Origin: Asterionella formosa
Lineage: Eukaryota
DNA length: 23,712 bases
Direction of reading: 5' to 3'
NCBI GenBank assembly: GCA_002256025.1
Contig: NKIB01012145.1
Span: 62,001 to 85,712, forward strand
The position numbers and the translations under genes are program-made. Positions 11,351 through 22,243 of this stretch are shown here, one piece after another. A model generated the notes under the pieces. The model was not told the origin of the DNA. It searched no databases and saw nothing but the letters and a program-made list of their open reading frames with translations. Position 1 is the first letter of the stretch. Each line of letters starts with the position of its first letter.

Positions 11351-11651
11351 GAATAAGAATCGATTTTCTGAATGAAGTATATATATGAACAAACACACCA
11401 ACCAATACCCCTGATAGCCAAAAGTAAGCAAGATTTGCTTATTTTTGCTTACATTGCTTACTTTTTGTTTCGGGCCACCCCTGTATTGCCCCAGTCATTG
11501 TTGTGTTTTCTTAGCGTTTCCCTGTTTATTAGAAGAATAAAAATAGTATACAACCTATGTCACTTAGAAGTGGTGATCATAAAAACGATTTTAAAGAGTG
11601 AATTGATGACGTTTTCTATATTTGAGCGCCTGTCCTGCGTCACGTTATCAA

Positions 11652-11681
11652 TTTCAGTAAAATGACCGCAACTTTCAGATA
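11652..11681 (-). mobile_element. Orphan terminal inverted repeat related to the MITE left end, in reverse orientation
   Basis: The reverse complement TATCTGAAAGTTGCGGTCATTTTACTGAAA matches the MITE left end TACCTGCAAGTTGCGGTGATTTTGCTGAAA, but the sequence inside it differs from the MITE interior. Confidence 0.7.
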
Positions 11682-11705
11682 TCCCCTGATGATGGTGGTA
11701 CAAGG

Positions 11706-11804
11706 TAACTGCAAGTTGCGGTAAATTTGCTGAAACTAAATGTTTAGCTATCTTTATCCCATATTAATTGTTAGTTCAAGCAAAATTACCGCAACTTGCT
11801 GGTA
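11706..11804. mobile_element. MITE copy 2 (99 bp), ~120 bp upstream of the PCGF start codon
   Basis: TAACTGCAAGTTGCGGTAAATTTGCT...TTTAGCTATCTTTATC...AGCAAAATTACCGCAACTTGCTGGTA; collinear with copy 1. Confidence 0.85.
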
Positions 11805-11925
11805 CCTGGTACCAGGGAACCTGGTGGTATCAGGTAGTGTCTATTGTAATACCGGTAATACAAACAAAGCGGCATAATAGATCTCCTATTGTTGTGTGCG
11901 GTCAAGGTCAAAGTTCTGTGGAAAC

Positions 11926-12817
11926 ATGAGTCTGCAAGATCAGGTCGAGCGGAAACGAATTGCTTTGCCCAGTCCAGAGGAAGCCCCTGCCAAACGAATA
12001 TGCGGCAATGAAGAGCCCAGTAATATGTCCAATGGAATCATCAAATTTGCGTTGGATCCGATCAATCAATATGTGACATGCATCCTATGTTCTGGATACT
12101 TCCGGGATCCAGTTACTATTACCGAGTGCCTTCACACATTTTGCAAATCATGCCTCGTTCTCGCCATTTCGCGAAAAAACTCGAAATGCCCCACGTGCTC
12201 GGTTGACTTGGGTCCGGATCCCTTCAAGACGACTTTGAGTGATCGGACATTGCAGGAGTTGGTAGACAAAGTTTTGTTGCCAAATTTATGTGCTCAGGAT
12301 ACGGCTCAGGAAAGGGAGTTTTACAGCAGCCGAGGTATAAATTTAAAACCAGAACACGAAGAAGATTTTTTTAACAAGGAGTTTCCCAAAGACAACGAGG
12401 CACGGAGGGTGTTCGGCTTTGCTAAGAATCTGCAGGTAGGACGATCATACGTGGCATTGAGCAAAATCGTGCACAATTCAACCTCTCACGTCATCATTCT
12501 CGCTCTCGTTTCGTTCACATTAGACGGATGAACACGTGGAATTCACTTTAGTTCCAGAAGTTGGCTCGTCCATGCCGAAGCTGCTAAAACCAATGATTCG
12601 AACACTTGGAATCCTCCAAATTGTCCAACTGAAGAAGTACCTAGTAGTAAAGCTTAATATGCAACAGAATGACGTGTCATCTTTTGAAATTCTGTGCCGA
12701 GGCAAGGAGCTTGGAAACAAATTGAGTCTGACATTTGTTAAGCGGACCATATGGCTAGATTCCAAAAGTGACCTGCAACTCACTTATAATTGCCTGAAAT
12801 ATGTAGTTCGGCGATGA
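11926..12817 (+). CDS. PCGF: Polycomb group RING finger protein (PCGF/Psc/BMI1-like; C3HC4 RING plus RAWUL-like C-terminus), ~267 aa; exons 11926-12435 and 12524-12817
   Basis: INQYVTCILCSGYFRDPVTITECLHTFCKSC...CPTC..DRTLQELVDK is the typical PCGF RING. Phase-0 intron 12436-12523 (GTAGGA..TAG, 88 nt) joins it to TDEHVEFTL...LKKYLVVKL...FEILCRGKELG..LSL..LQLTY, which is RAWUL-like. Confidence 0.88.
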
Positions 12818-13143
12818 CAACAATAATTACCTAGATATGACAGTTGATTCCACCATCCCTGCAACGAGATGCCATGTTGAACCTGAACACATATTGCTAT
12901 CAAAAATTGATAAACAGAATGAGATGATAGATATGAAAAAACCTATTTAGTAACAGCAGGTAATATGCAATTGTATGATGATAGCAAATGAAGTATGATC
13001 AAGAGTGCAGATAATTCTAATCATTGCTAGTGAGCCAATGAAGTGAGGAAATATCAACCATGATGTAATGGTTGCATGTGTGGACATTGACATGATGTGT
13101 TTGAAAGGGTGATGGTTTTCCGGATTGTAAATGTAAGGCACCA

Positions 13144-16100
13144 CTATTGAACTATGTCGCCACCACCGACGAGGGTAGGTCGCTGAGCTCCCCCAGGAGC
13201 CATACAGGACCTAGCCACGCTTTCAAAGACCTTTTCTATCTCAGTAGCACAGCGCGTGAACGGATGACTCCAGAACTGGTATCTTTGGTTCTTGATAAGC
13301 TCGATAAAGGTAATAAGAAGTCCCCACTAAAAGAGAGTTGAAAGAAATAGGTGAGACATTACGGATACTTGTATTGGCAGATTCGAGCAACCTTGTGTGA
13401 ACTTACAGGATGCGGACGATGAAGGATGAGACGTTCGAGGAGAACGCGGGTCACCTGTTCTTTTACAGCAGAAATTTTCGATTCGCTGAAAAGGAATAGC
13501 ATGACACATGAGAAATAGTGTGTGTGGCTCGAAGGGAAACGGAGCTGGTTCGCAATAGCGTTCAAACTGATGTATCGACCGTGGTCGTCAAGCTCCATAA
13601 GCTTCTGCAGGATTTCCAATTCCGGAGTGTTGGCAAGGCTCTGGATCTGAGCACTCTGTAACCTGCTGATTGCTTGAATTCCTACATAAAGAACCAAGGA
13701 ATTAATACGAGGAGCATCTACTTCTTTCGTTCCCGCTTTATAGAGACGCGGTAACAAGCCGGAAATGAAGTCTCCACGTTCGCCCTTCAAGAAATTTTCT
13801 AAGCTCCCACGCATGGCCTCAATTGGCCCCATGACATTCGAAAGGATGACTGGGTTCTGTGAGATCTCGATCAATGAATCAATCTTCAAGTTAGGAGTAA
13901 AAGGGTCCGGCAAGGTCATGCCCTTTGGTACAGCAGAAAGGATGACATTGCGAAGCTGAACACAATTCTCTGGCAAAATATTGCAAAGCGAAAGATGATA
14001 TCCAGCAAGAAATGACGGGAAATCATGGAGTAAAATAAGGAGAACTCGAAGAGTTCCTTCGTATAGTTTCTTAATGGCAGGCCCCATGTCAATTTTCCCA
14101 AGGTGAGGTTCTAGGAACAAGAAGATATCCACAAGGAGCTGGTGGGCCACCCCCCACCCTTTCTGGCCCTGCAGTAACAATAGGTTGGGCAGGAAAGTAC
14201 GATGTGACACCAACTCGAGCCAAGCGAACGCAAAGCCAGGCAGAACAAGAGGCTGTGCAACATGAAAAGCCCCACCGAATATAGCGAGAATACTGCTTTG
14301 AATAGGATCAAACACCGGGTCAGGAGAATTCATGTCCACGGTTACGTTCAAAAGAAGTCTATACCAAGGCCTCTGGTCCCATGGTTTGAGCCCTTGCTTC
14401 TTGTTCTTTTCAAAGTCGAACATAATGCATCGAATGACAGCACCGAGAAACGTGTTCAACATGCCGACTCTCTGGGCGGTTGTTTGTTCCTCGCTCCCGC
14501 CGCCATTCAAAAACTTAATTTGAAGGGGAAGTAGCTTCGCGTAGATGTCAATGACAGAATAATTCAGAACGTTGCCATTCCCATCAGCTCCGCCATTGGA
14601 TGTCTTCAGAACGGCCTCAACCACAAGCTGGGCTGCTAGGCGGAAGAAGCGCTCAGTCTGTTCGTCCGATTTTCCAACTCCGTTTTGCTGTAAAAGCTGC
14701 AGATACTGTGTCAATACCTTATCGTTTGCCACAGCTTCGCTGTGCAAACGAATCCAACCGTCAAGCAAAAACGTAACTTGCTGTTTGGCATTGGGAGGAT
14801 CTGTGCGCGCAAAGCGAAGAAGAGTCTCGGCCGCACTCTTTGTTCCATTAGAATAAGCAACGAGCGATGCGGTGGACAGACTACTGGTGACGTCGATTGT
14901 AGCATGACGAGGTTCTGTTGTAGCTTCTGGTCGAATACTTCTAGCTTGTTGTTCGATTCCGCCAGAGGATCCACGCACTTCATCGAGCATTCGAAGTATT
15001 GGCTTTCGCAGAGTTTGGCTTACTTGTGGGTCTGCTTGACTTCTTCCTTCGACAATCTTGGTCATAAGGTCCATCAGCTTGGGAAAGTCAGATGGAGCAG
15101 CTATCCTCTCTAGGAATGCAGTTCGAATGAACAACAGAGAAAACTCAACCCAAACTGGATTGCGGCCACTATCAGCGCTTGCGCATAGAAAGCTATCAAG
15201 TTCTTGCGTCGACACAAGATTGCTGCGAACAAGGAGAAGCAATACAGTGCGATGGAGCTTCTTCTGGGCTTCGGTTTCTGTCGGAGCGTAAGTCGCCCAG
15301 GTACCTAAGTCTTTTCCTAGCTGTGGACATGATCCATTGATCTTTTCAAGCAAAGCTACAAGAGCCTCAAGACGGAGGGGCTCGGTCAACCGGAGTTCGT
15401 AAAGGCGCTTAAACACGCTTTGAGAAAAGCTCAACACAGCTTCTTTTTCTGACTGTGTAAGATTCTGTGGAACAACTTGAGGAACAGCAGCCAGCAACTT
15501 GCGAATGTCATGGTCCGCAGGTAGCATAGAAAAGGTGACTTCAGCGGCACGAGGTCCGGTTGAAGACAAGAGGGCGGAAACAGAGCCATCCATTTTGGTC
15601 GCGATTGTTTGAAGAGCCTCAAGGTTGAGTGGCTGGTCAGTGTGGCTGGCACCTTCAAGATTTGGATTTGATCTCGATGGTGTCAGACCGGAGGAGCCAT
15701 ATCCTCCGGCTGTGGGCAGTCGAGGCATTCGTTGGAACGCCTCATAGACTCTGAGTTGTTCCGGGCGTAGACCTCCGGGTTTCGGACGAAGTGGTTCGGG
15801 CAGCGCACCAGGATAACGCTGGTTTCCATTGCCAAGGACAGCCATGTCGTAGTATGGTTGGCCCCCGGTTTGCTCCCTGTGTTTGCGACGGGCAGTGAGG
15901 CCTGGGGAGAGGGCTTCGTCGACATCACGCACCGCCTTTTCGGTGGCAGCCTTTTCAATGAGCATGCAACCAAGCTCCAGGTTATCAGTAGCACAAATGG
16001 AGACACACTGTTCAATGATTGTTTGCTCCTGTTCGGTCAATTTTTCAGAGCCACCCGCACTGTTGGTGAGCAATTGCCGAAGATGAGTTGATATACTGGT

Positions 16101-19100
16101 GCGAAGCGGGTCTCTACAAGTAACCAAAGCCAAGCTTCCTGCAAGGTTTGCAACCATCAACTGAGCTGCTTTTCGAGTCTTGTTTTCGTCACCTTCAGTT
16201 GCAAAATCTTTGGTCACAATTTCTTTTGTGGTTATGCATGCGATTGTGACACTTCTTTCAACAACCGGTTGAATAATCTCCCTAATAGCACGATCAACCG
16301 CCATAGGGACTGCTTTCTTGAGAGTCACGGTGCTGAGAGCAGTAGTCAGACCAGGGGATATAGTGCTTCCAGAAGGTTGCTGAATCAGTTGAGCTAAGCT
16401 GGGGTTTATTGTGACATACGCAGCGAGATTTGGAATAACTGTTTGCTGCTCCCCTCCGGCGGTCTTCGACTGTCCGCCATTTGAAGTTGCGGTAGCTGCT
16501 GTTTGTGGTATGCTACCAGTGGATACATTAGACACCAGAGTGTTCCCGTCGGGGCTTCCAAGGATCGGCCCACCTGGAAGCGGAGTTGCCGTAATGGCCG
16601 GGGCGGGGGCGCTAGGGGGTGGTGCAGTTGATACCACAGTGATCTTGACATTGAAATCGGGATTCTTCTCTTTGACTGGCTTGATTCGAAGGGCCAAGGC
16701 TTCAGTTCGGGGAGAAATTTCTTCAAGCTTTATGTTCAGATTCTTGCAAAGTACCTCCACTTCAAATTTTATGTTCATCTTCAAATCGTCAACTTGGTAC
16801 AGTGCACGGAACACTCCCAAAAGTCCCATAACCCAAGGATTTGGAGGGCGAAAAACAACTGAGCTCTTAGCACCCTCTAGAATCTTCGCTACAAAGGGCG
16901 TTACAGCAATCAACATTCCATTCTCGTATCCTTGAAAGAGTAGTTCTTTACAGTCCAACATCACTTGAAGAATGGGGCGATTCCTTGCAATAGTGATCTG
17001 ACCCAACCAACTTCCGAGATTCTTCAGAAGACTGCGCTCCGACGTAGAAGTTGTAATCTTGGGGGAGCGCAAGAGCTTTCCAATATTCAAGTAGACACTC
17101 GACAAGATGGATATGATCAGTCCCTTTCCATAGTCACCCAAGTGATCCAGAAATGCTAAGTATAGAGCATGAAAATTGGGCTGAGCACTGATCCGTTTTA
17201 CGACCAAGTAATGGCCCAGCCAATCAAAATACTGTGGCTTTAGCATCTCTCTGAGTTCTGCAGACTTCGCTTCGACGTTTGAAGGTGAAATATTATTGAT
17301 CAAGAATTGCACTCGATCCAGAACTGCATCTGGGGGAGCTTCGTGTTGAACTTCGACTTCTACTTTGTTGTTGACAGCGCGTCCAAGTTTAGGACCGAAA
17401 ACAGGAACTCGGTTTTCAGCTGGTTCGGGACGAGGAAAAGCAACCGATGACAGCTCAATGGAGGACGACACAGATCGATTTGGCACTGAGAAAGCACCGC
17501 TTGGTTGTGGATTGGGTGGAGTTGCACTCATAACACTAGAGCTCCCCCCTCGTGACCGATCTCCATCACCGCTGCTTCCACCGATACTGCCGCTGTCAGT
17601 TGGACCATGCTGCTGAGGAGGCTTGCTCTGACTCTCCGACATAGCAGTCTCAATTTCTCCAACCAATTCGGCGTAACCATCCTTCAAATGAGGAATTTGT
17701 ACAATATGAGAACAATATTGGGGCCACTCGTGTAAACGGTCCTTGAACTGCTCCAAAGCAAACATTCCGAACCGAAACATTTTCCCACTACTGGAGGTGT
17801 TCGAACCAGGGGGGGAGGAAGGGGGGCGACGCAAGGCTTCCAAAACATACCGAAGAGCGATTCCCAAGGTAATGCTGTTGACTAATTGCTCCTTGATAAG
17901 AGTACCAAACAATATTCCGGTAATGCGAAGCTCTTTCTCTGGGTACTTGGAAAAGAATCGATATTCGTCGAACAGGTTGCGAATCATACAAGCAAAGATC
18001 TCATTCTCTCGGGTGTCGCCAGATGTTTTGAAACGCTTAAGCATTTCCACAACCTCTCCGATGCTCTGTTCTGAGGTATAAATCTTTTGAAAATATGAAT
18101 TGGCCATTTCGTCAATGTCATCATCGTTGGTTGGCGAAGGCTTTTGCTGCAATCCTTGAGAAGCATTGATTTGCTGCTGCTGAAAGGATTGACTAAGACT
18201 GGCTCGAATCGAAGAATGTGTCGAGGCACAAGCCTCGGTCAAAGACTTGATGCTATCGAGTAAAGTGATGGGCTGACCATCACTGGGAATCGTTTGTTGA
18301 AGTAGTGTGGAATCTAATGAATGGAGAATTTGAAGGGAAAGCAACATATTCTCCAATGACACCAAGACTGAACTATCGCGGGGCGCCGCCGTTGGGTACA
18401 TCTTGGCCAAGTAAGCCACCAACGCAGCTGCAAACAAGACTCCGCTGGATGAGAACCGTTCCGTCAGCCATGGCTTGAGTTGAAGGATGTTCTTGTCCGC
18501 CATCACAAACGCAACAGCCAACGAAAACTCGGGATCTTTGCTTCCATTCAAAAGCGAGGCTATAGCAGTTTCTGGAGATGGGAGCAGTCGAATAATTTGG
18601 ATAAGGTGCACAATCGTTCCAAGGCGAGTCTGGGGCGCTTCTGAAGCTGTTGACTTCCAGGCTTCAATGCAGGCTGCTGTCACAGTGTTCGGTGAGATAG
18701 CCCAAAGTCGCCGTAATGCAGCGGGTCCGTTTTGCATTCGATGGTTAGAATTGGGCTTGAAAAATAGAGGAATCAGCTCCCGCATCAACTCTCCCTTCAT
18801 TTGCTGTCCACCGGACGGGGCACCATTCAACTGCAGTCGCACAAGAGCACAGAGCAAGACTTCGGGACAACCCCGCAGACCCTCGACAAACAAGTCTCGG
18901 ACTCGTCGCGCTAGAGTAGGAATGTCACTGAGACATAAAAGTCTCTGCAAAACAGCCGCTGATGCCCAGCAACGCGGGTTTGGAGAGGTTGCTCCTTGGC
19001 CTGCGCTCGTTTCAGCATCAGCAGTTTCTGCTTCGTTCAACTCGCAAAGGTAGACTGTCGGCGAGACGGACAACACGGCCTCCAAAAGAGAAGTTTGGCC

Positions 19101-20205
19101 AGCAGCATGGGTCCATTGATAAGTCAAAGCAGCTAATGGAGGGTTCGCCAATGCACCAGATTGATAAAGTTGCAGTAAGGTTTGGAATTGTTCAGTGCTC
19201 GAAATATTGAAATCAAAGAAATCCCATTTTAGCGCCACTTTGGCCCAATCGAGAGATGCAGAATAATCTCTTCGAATGACCGAGGATACGACTGGCAGGG
19301 ACCATCCAATTTCCGACGGGTCATTGTAACTTCCCGGTAGAATACTTCCTAGAAGCGATGAGGATAGTGAGTCCATGGAAAGGGCTTTTTTCGATTTGGA
19401 CGAGAAGAAGTGCAAAATTCTGGCCATCGCAGCTTCGTTCATCCCGCCAGGCAGCATTTCTGCCAGTGTCTGTCGAAAGATGGTTTCATTTCGAGTACAA
19501 GCAGGGCCCACGTCCGCTAGTAGATTTGCGATAACTGAAACTGCATCTGCTGCAGCCATTCGGTCTGCGATGCCACCAGTTGAGAACAGACCACTGTCGA
19601 GGCTGTTACTCCCAGGAAACAGTGAATCCATTTTAATTTGCTTACGTAGATGCTTCTTTAGTTTGCACACGACCCGACTGAGTTGCTCTTGGTGATATGT
19701 TTGTTTGAAACTCAAGTGTTCCGACGTCTCCAAAACTCCTTTCGCTTCTTCGAGGATCGATAAACCTAAAGACTTCGGAAGAGTTTCTTCTAAAGCTGTA
19801 TCCAATGTTTGAACAAGTGCTAAAGCGGCTTTTTCTGCTGCACCTGTGCTTTCTTTGTTTCTCGCAGTCGTTGTCTGGTGATGAAATGACGGAAGGAATA
19901 GGGAAGGAGCATGTGAGCGAGTTTGATTCTGAAGCATTGAGTTGGTATCTTTTCCGTATTCTACTGACCAAATTCCGTATAAAAGGCGACAGAATTCCGG
20001 GGGTAAAGGCGTGTTTTTTACTCTGTATGACTCTGCCGTAGATTTCAACCAGAACAGGCGCTACCGCGCGGGGCCTTCCGGCCCTTTTTGAATGTGAAGT
20101 AAGGTCACTGTTGCTAAACTGAGTCGATGAATATGTATCAGATATAATAGAATCACTAATGCACTCGTTGGATCTGTCTTCTGTTGTTATTACGCCCTCG
20201 CTCAT
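13144..20205 (-). CDS. CNOT1: CCR4-NOT complex subunit 1, ~2295 aa; exons 20205-19969 (less certain), 19874-13407 and 13326-13144
   Basis: Motifs [88 protein letters not shown] and [18 protein letters not shown]. Intron 13406-13327 (GTAAGT..TAG, 80 nt) restores [26 protein letters not shown], with the stop at 13146-13144. A proposed 5' intron 19968-19875 (GTCAGT..CAG, 94 nt) gives [17 protein letters not shown]. Confidence 0.93.
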
Positions 20206-20483
20206 GGGCCATGGCCTAGCCTTTTTATTCTCTTGCTTTGTGTTTGATTTGTTTGGAATTGGCGCTGGCGCTGAAGCTGCTGGCGACACACAGACCAAAT
20301 GGTTATCCTTACCGGTACATACATAACAATATGCCGGCATATCAAATTCGTGCCTCGTACCTGGTACCTGGTAGCAAGTACCAGGGGTACTGTAAATTCG
20401 ATGGATAGTGTGTTATACTTTCAACATGTATAGAATTTGTACCAGGTACCAGGTAGCCTCCAATTGTACCTCGTACCTGGTTG

Positions 20484-20571
20484 CCTGTCGAAGGTCCGGT
20501 GAATGGTTTTTTTACTAAAGAAAAGATATAGCTAAATATCTTGATTAGCGGACCTTCCTGTGGGAAGGTCC
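20484..20571. mobile_element. Degenerate small inverted-repeat element related to the MITE (second subfamily)
   Basis: GAAGGTCCG (20490-20498) and CGGACCTTC (20549-20557) are inverted repeats enclosing AAAGATATAGCTAAA, which resembles the reverse complement of the MITE core TTTAGCTATCTTT. Overlapping hairpin GGACCTTCC-TGTG-GGAAGGTCC. Confidence 0.45.
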
Positions 20572-20627
20572 AGTGTAGTGGAACCAGTTATGAGGTCCTG
20601 TTGCATTGTGCCTATACTCCTACCTGG

Positions 20628-20727
20628 TACCAGCAAGGTGCGGTAATTTTGCTGAAAGTAAAGACTTAGCTATCTTTATCCCAGATTAAAATGTTTGTTT
20701 AAGCAAAATGACCGCAACTTGCAGGTA
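20628..20727. mobile_element. MITE copy 3 (100 bp), ~420 bp upstream of the proposed CNOT1 start
   Basis: TACCAGCAAGGTGCGGTAATTTTGCT...TTAGCTATCTTTATC...AGCAAAATGACCGCAACTTGCAGGTA; collinear with copies 1 and 2. Confidence 0.85.
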
Positions 20728-21205
20728 CCAAGTACCTGGCACCCCACCGTAGACTGGGAAGGTAAGTGTTGAAATGGTCCGTACACCTTCCCGCGGGCTG
20801 GGTCTCGGTTCACGTAGACTCTTACGTGTTCGTAGTACTACCTAGTAACCACTTACTTTCTCTCTCGTCTCTGCTTCCAGCCTTCCTGCAAGATAGACAA
20901 ATTGACCTTCCTGTCAATTAACACGCTGTTTCCTCAATTGATAATCTAAACTATAATTAAATTACAAGCTAAACTAAATGTTTCCTTGCTTTCCAGGCAT
21001 CTTTGCTTCCCGCAAAGTCATTCTGAGACTCTCTTCGAGTTTCCACATTTCCATAGAAATCTTCAATCTTCGATCTCGTTAGACAGCTGATTCACATGGC
21101 AATGCAATATTCGAATTTTTCGATTACAATCAAGTCAAACAATCCTTGTGACTCGAGCTAATTTTCTTGACAGGTAAGGACGGTATTGTAGGTACATCTG
21201 CAAAT

Positions 21206-21490
21206 AAAAACTATCATGAATATAGGATCAAGGGTATCGTACGCTAAGTGGCATAGGATTTTTACATATATGATAGTTTTTCAATCAAAGATATGATCAA
21301 TGTATCATATAATTATGATCATGCAGCAAACTTTTACCAAGCTTGACGTATGATGATACTATCATAGTTATAATACGATTGCATCAAATCATTAGTTAAA
21401 CATGGTCCTATGATGTGTATACTTTTGTCATGCATCTATCTTAGCATGATCATAATTCTCATCGATAACACTGTCTAAAATAGGATGAAA
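21206..21490. repeat. AT-rich patch of TATGAT/ATCATA-type motifs in both orientations, with two perfect inverted pairs
   Basis: AAAAACTATCAT (21206-21217) pairs with ATGATAGTTTTT (21270-21281). AATTATGATCATGC (21311-21324) pairs with GCATGATCATAATT (21444-21457). Confidence 0.6.
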
Positions 21491-21549
21491 TTGATCGAAA
21501 TTTAGAACTATATATAAGAATGGTTTTATGTTCTTGAGTGGCTACAGAA

Positions 21550-22243
21550 TGTTCTACAATGCTCTCATCGCAATGATTGGTGCCGCTTGCACCACTTCCA
21601 CCTTCCCCCCAATCCAATTCTGAATGTTGCTGTACTGCTGGTTGCCTTGCCCTTGTTCCTGCCCTGTTTTCCTTTTACTTCTGAGGGTTCTGAGTTTGAA
21701 TTCATATTTTCCCATTACTATTTAATCCATTTCGTTGTTCCAATCAGCCATACTAACAAAGAGAAGCAATTCATTGTTAGCTGTTCGTGTTTTGCTTACA
21801 CAACAACATGCATTTCGCTTCTATCTTCACTTACCACAAATTGAGGAAGTAAGCAACTGATGCATATTTCTGTAAAAGAATGTGTCAGTTGAAGATTGAA
21901 TGAGAAGCAAAGTATCGATCAATAAATGGGCTCCAACACTGCTGTTTGTAACTTACAAATACTGTTTGTCTACCATTATCCTGAAAGAAGCAACACATAT
22001 GTGTCAGTTTTTCTAACATTTGTAGTTGATCCAAAGATGGCTGATAGGCAGTACTTACCGATTTATTTTGTCCACATTGATGGTTGGCCAGCCACCAAAT
22101 CGAAAAGGAGCTATTGAATCACTGAAAGGGGACAAGTCATTCCGTATTTGTAATCCCAACAAATCATCATCCTGGCATTTGCTCTTGACATGCCGTGATA
22201 CTATGCACAGCTTGTTGATTCCGCCCTTCTCCATCATATTCAC
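21550..22243 (-). pseudogene. Intron-dense relic or unannotated gene with micro-exons; product unknown
   Basis: Three consecutive canonical introns, 22058-21981, 21956-21870 and 21834-21753, each with GTAAGT, a CTRAC branch site and YAG. They are separated by 24- and 35-nt exons. Every spliced frame soon hits a stop. Confidence 0.5.

Noticed and set aside
11372..11665. 97-aa ORF, and similar short ORFs at 9729, 12947 and 21587
   Set aside because: AT-rich or repeat-derived sequence with no recognisable domains; this one runs into a TIR.
13359..13406. ORF-track C-terminus of CNOT1 ([15 protein letters not shown])
   Set aside because: Read-through into the intron; splicing restores the conserved [10 protein letters not shown] ending.
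17808..17828. G-rich tract as a possible G-quadruplex
   Set aside because: Lies inside the CNOT1 CDS and is explained by Pro codons (RRPPSSPPG); only two long G-runs.
1218..20205. Functional gene cluster (SMC4/PCGF/CNOT1 or GSS/UGDH)
   Set aside because: Unrelated housekeeping genes in mixed orientation; no evidence of co-function without synteny or co-expression data.
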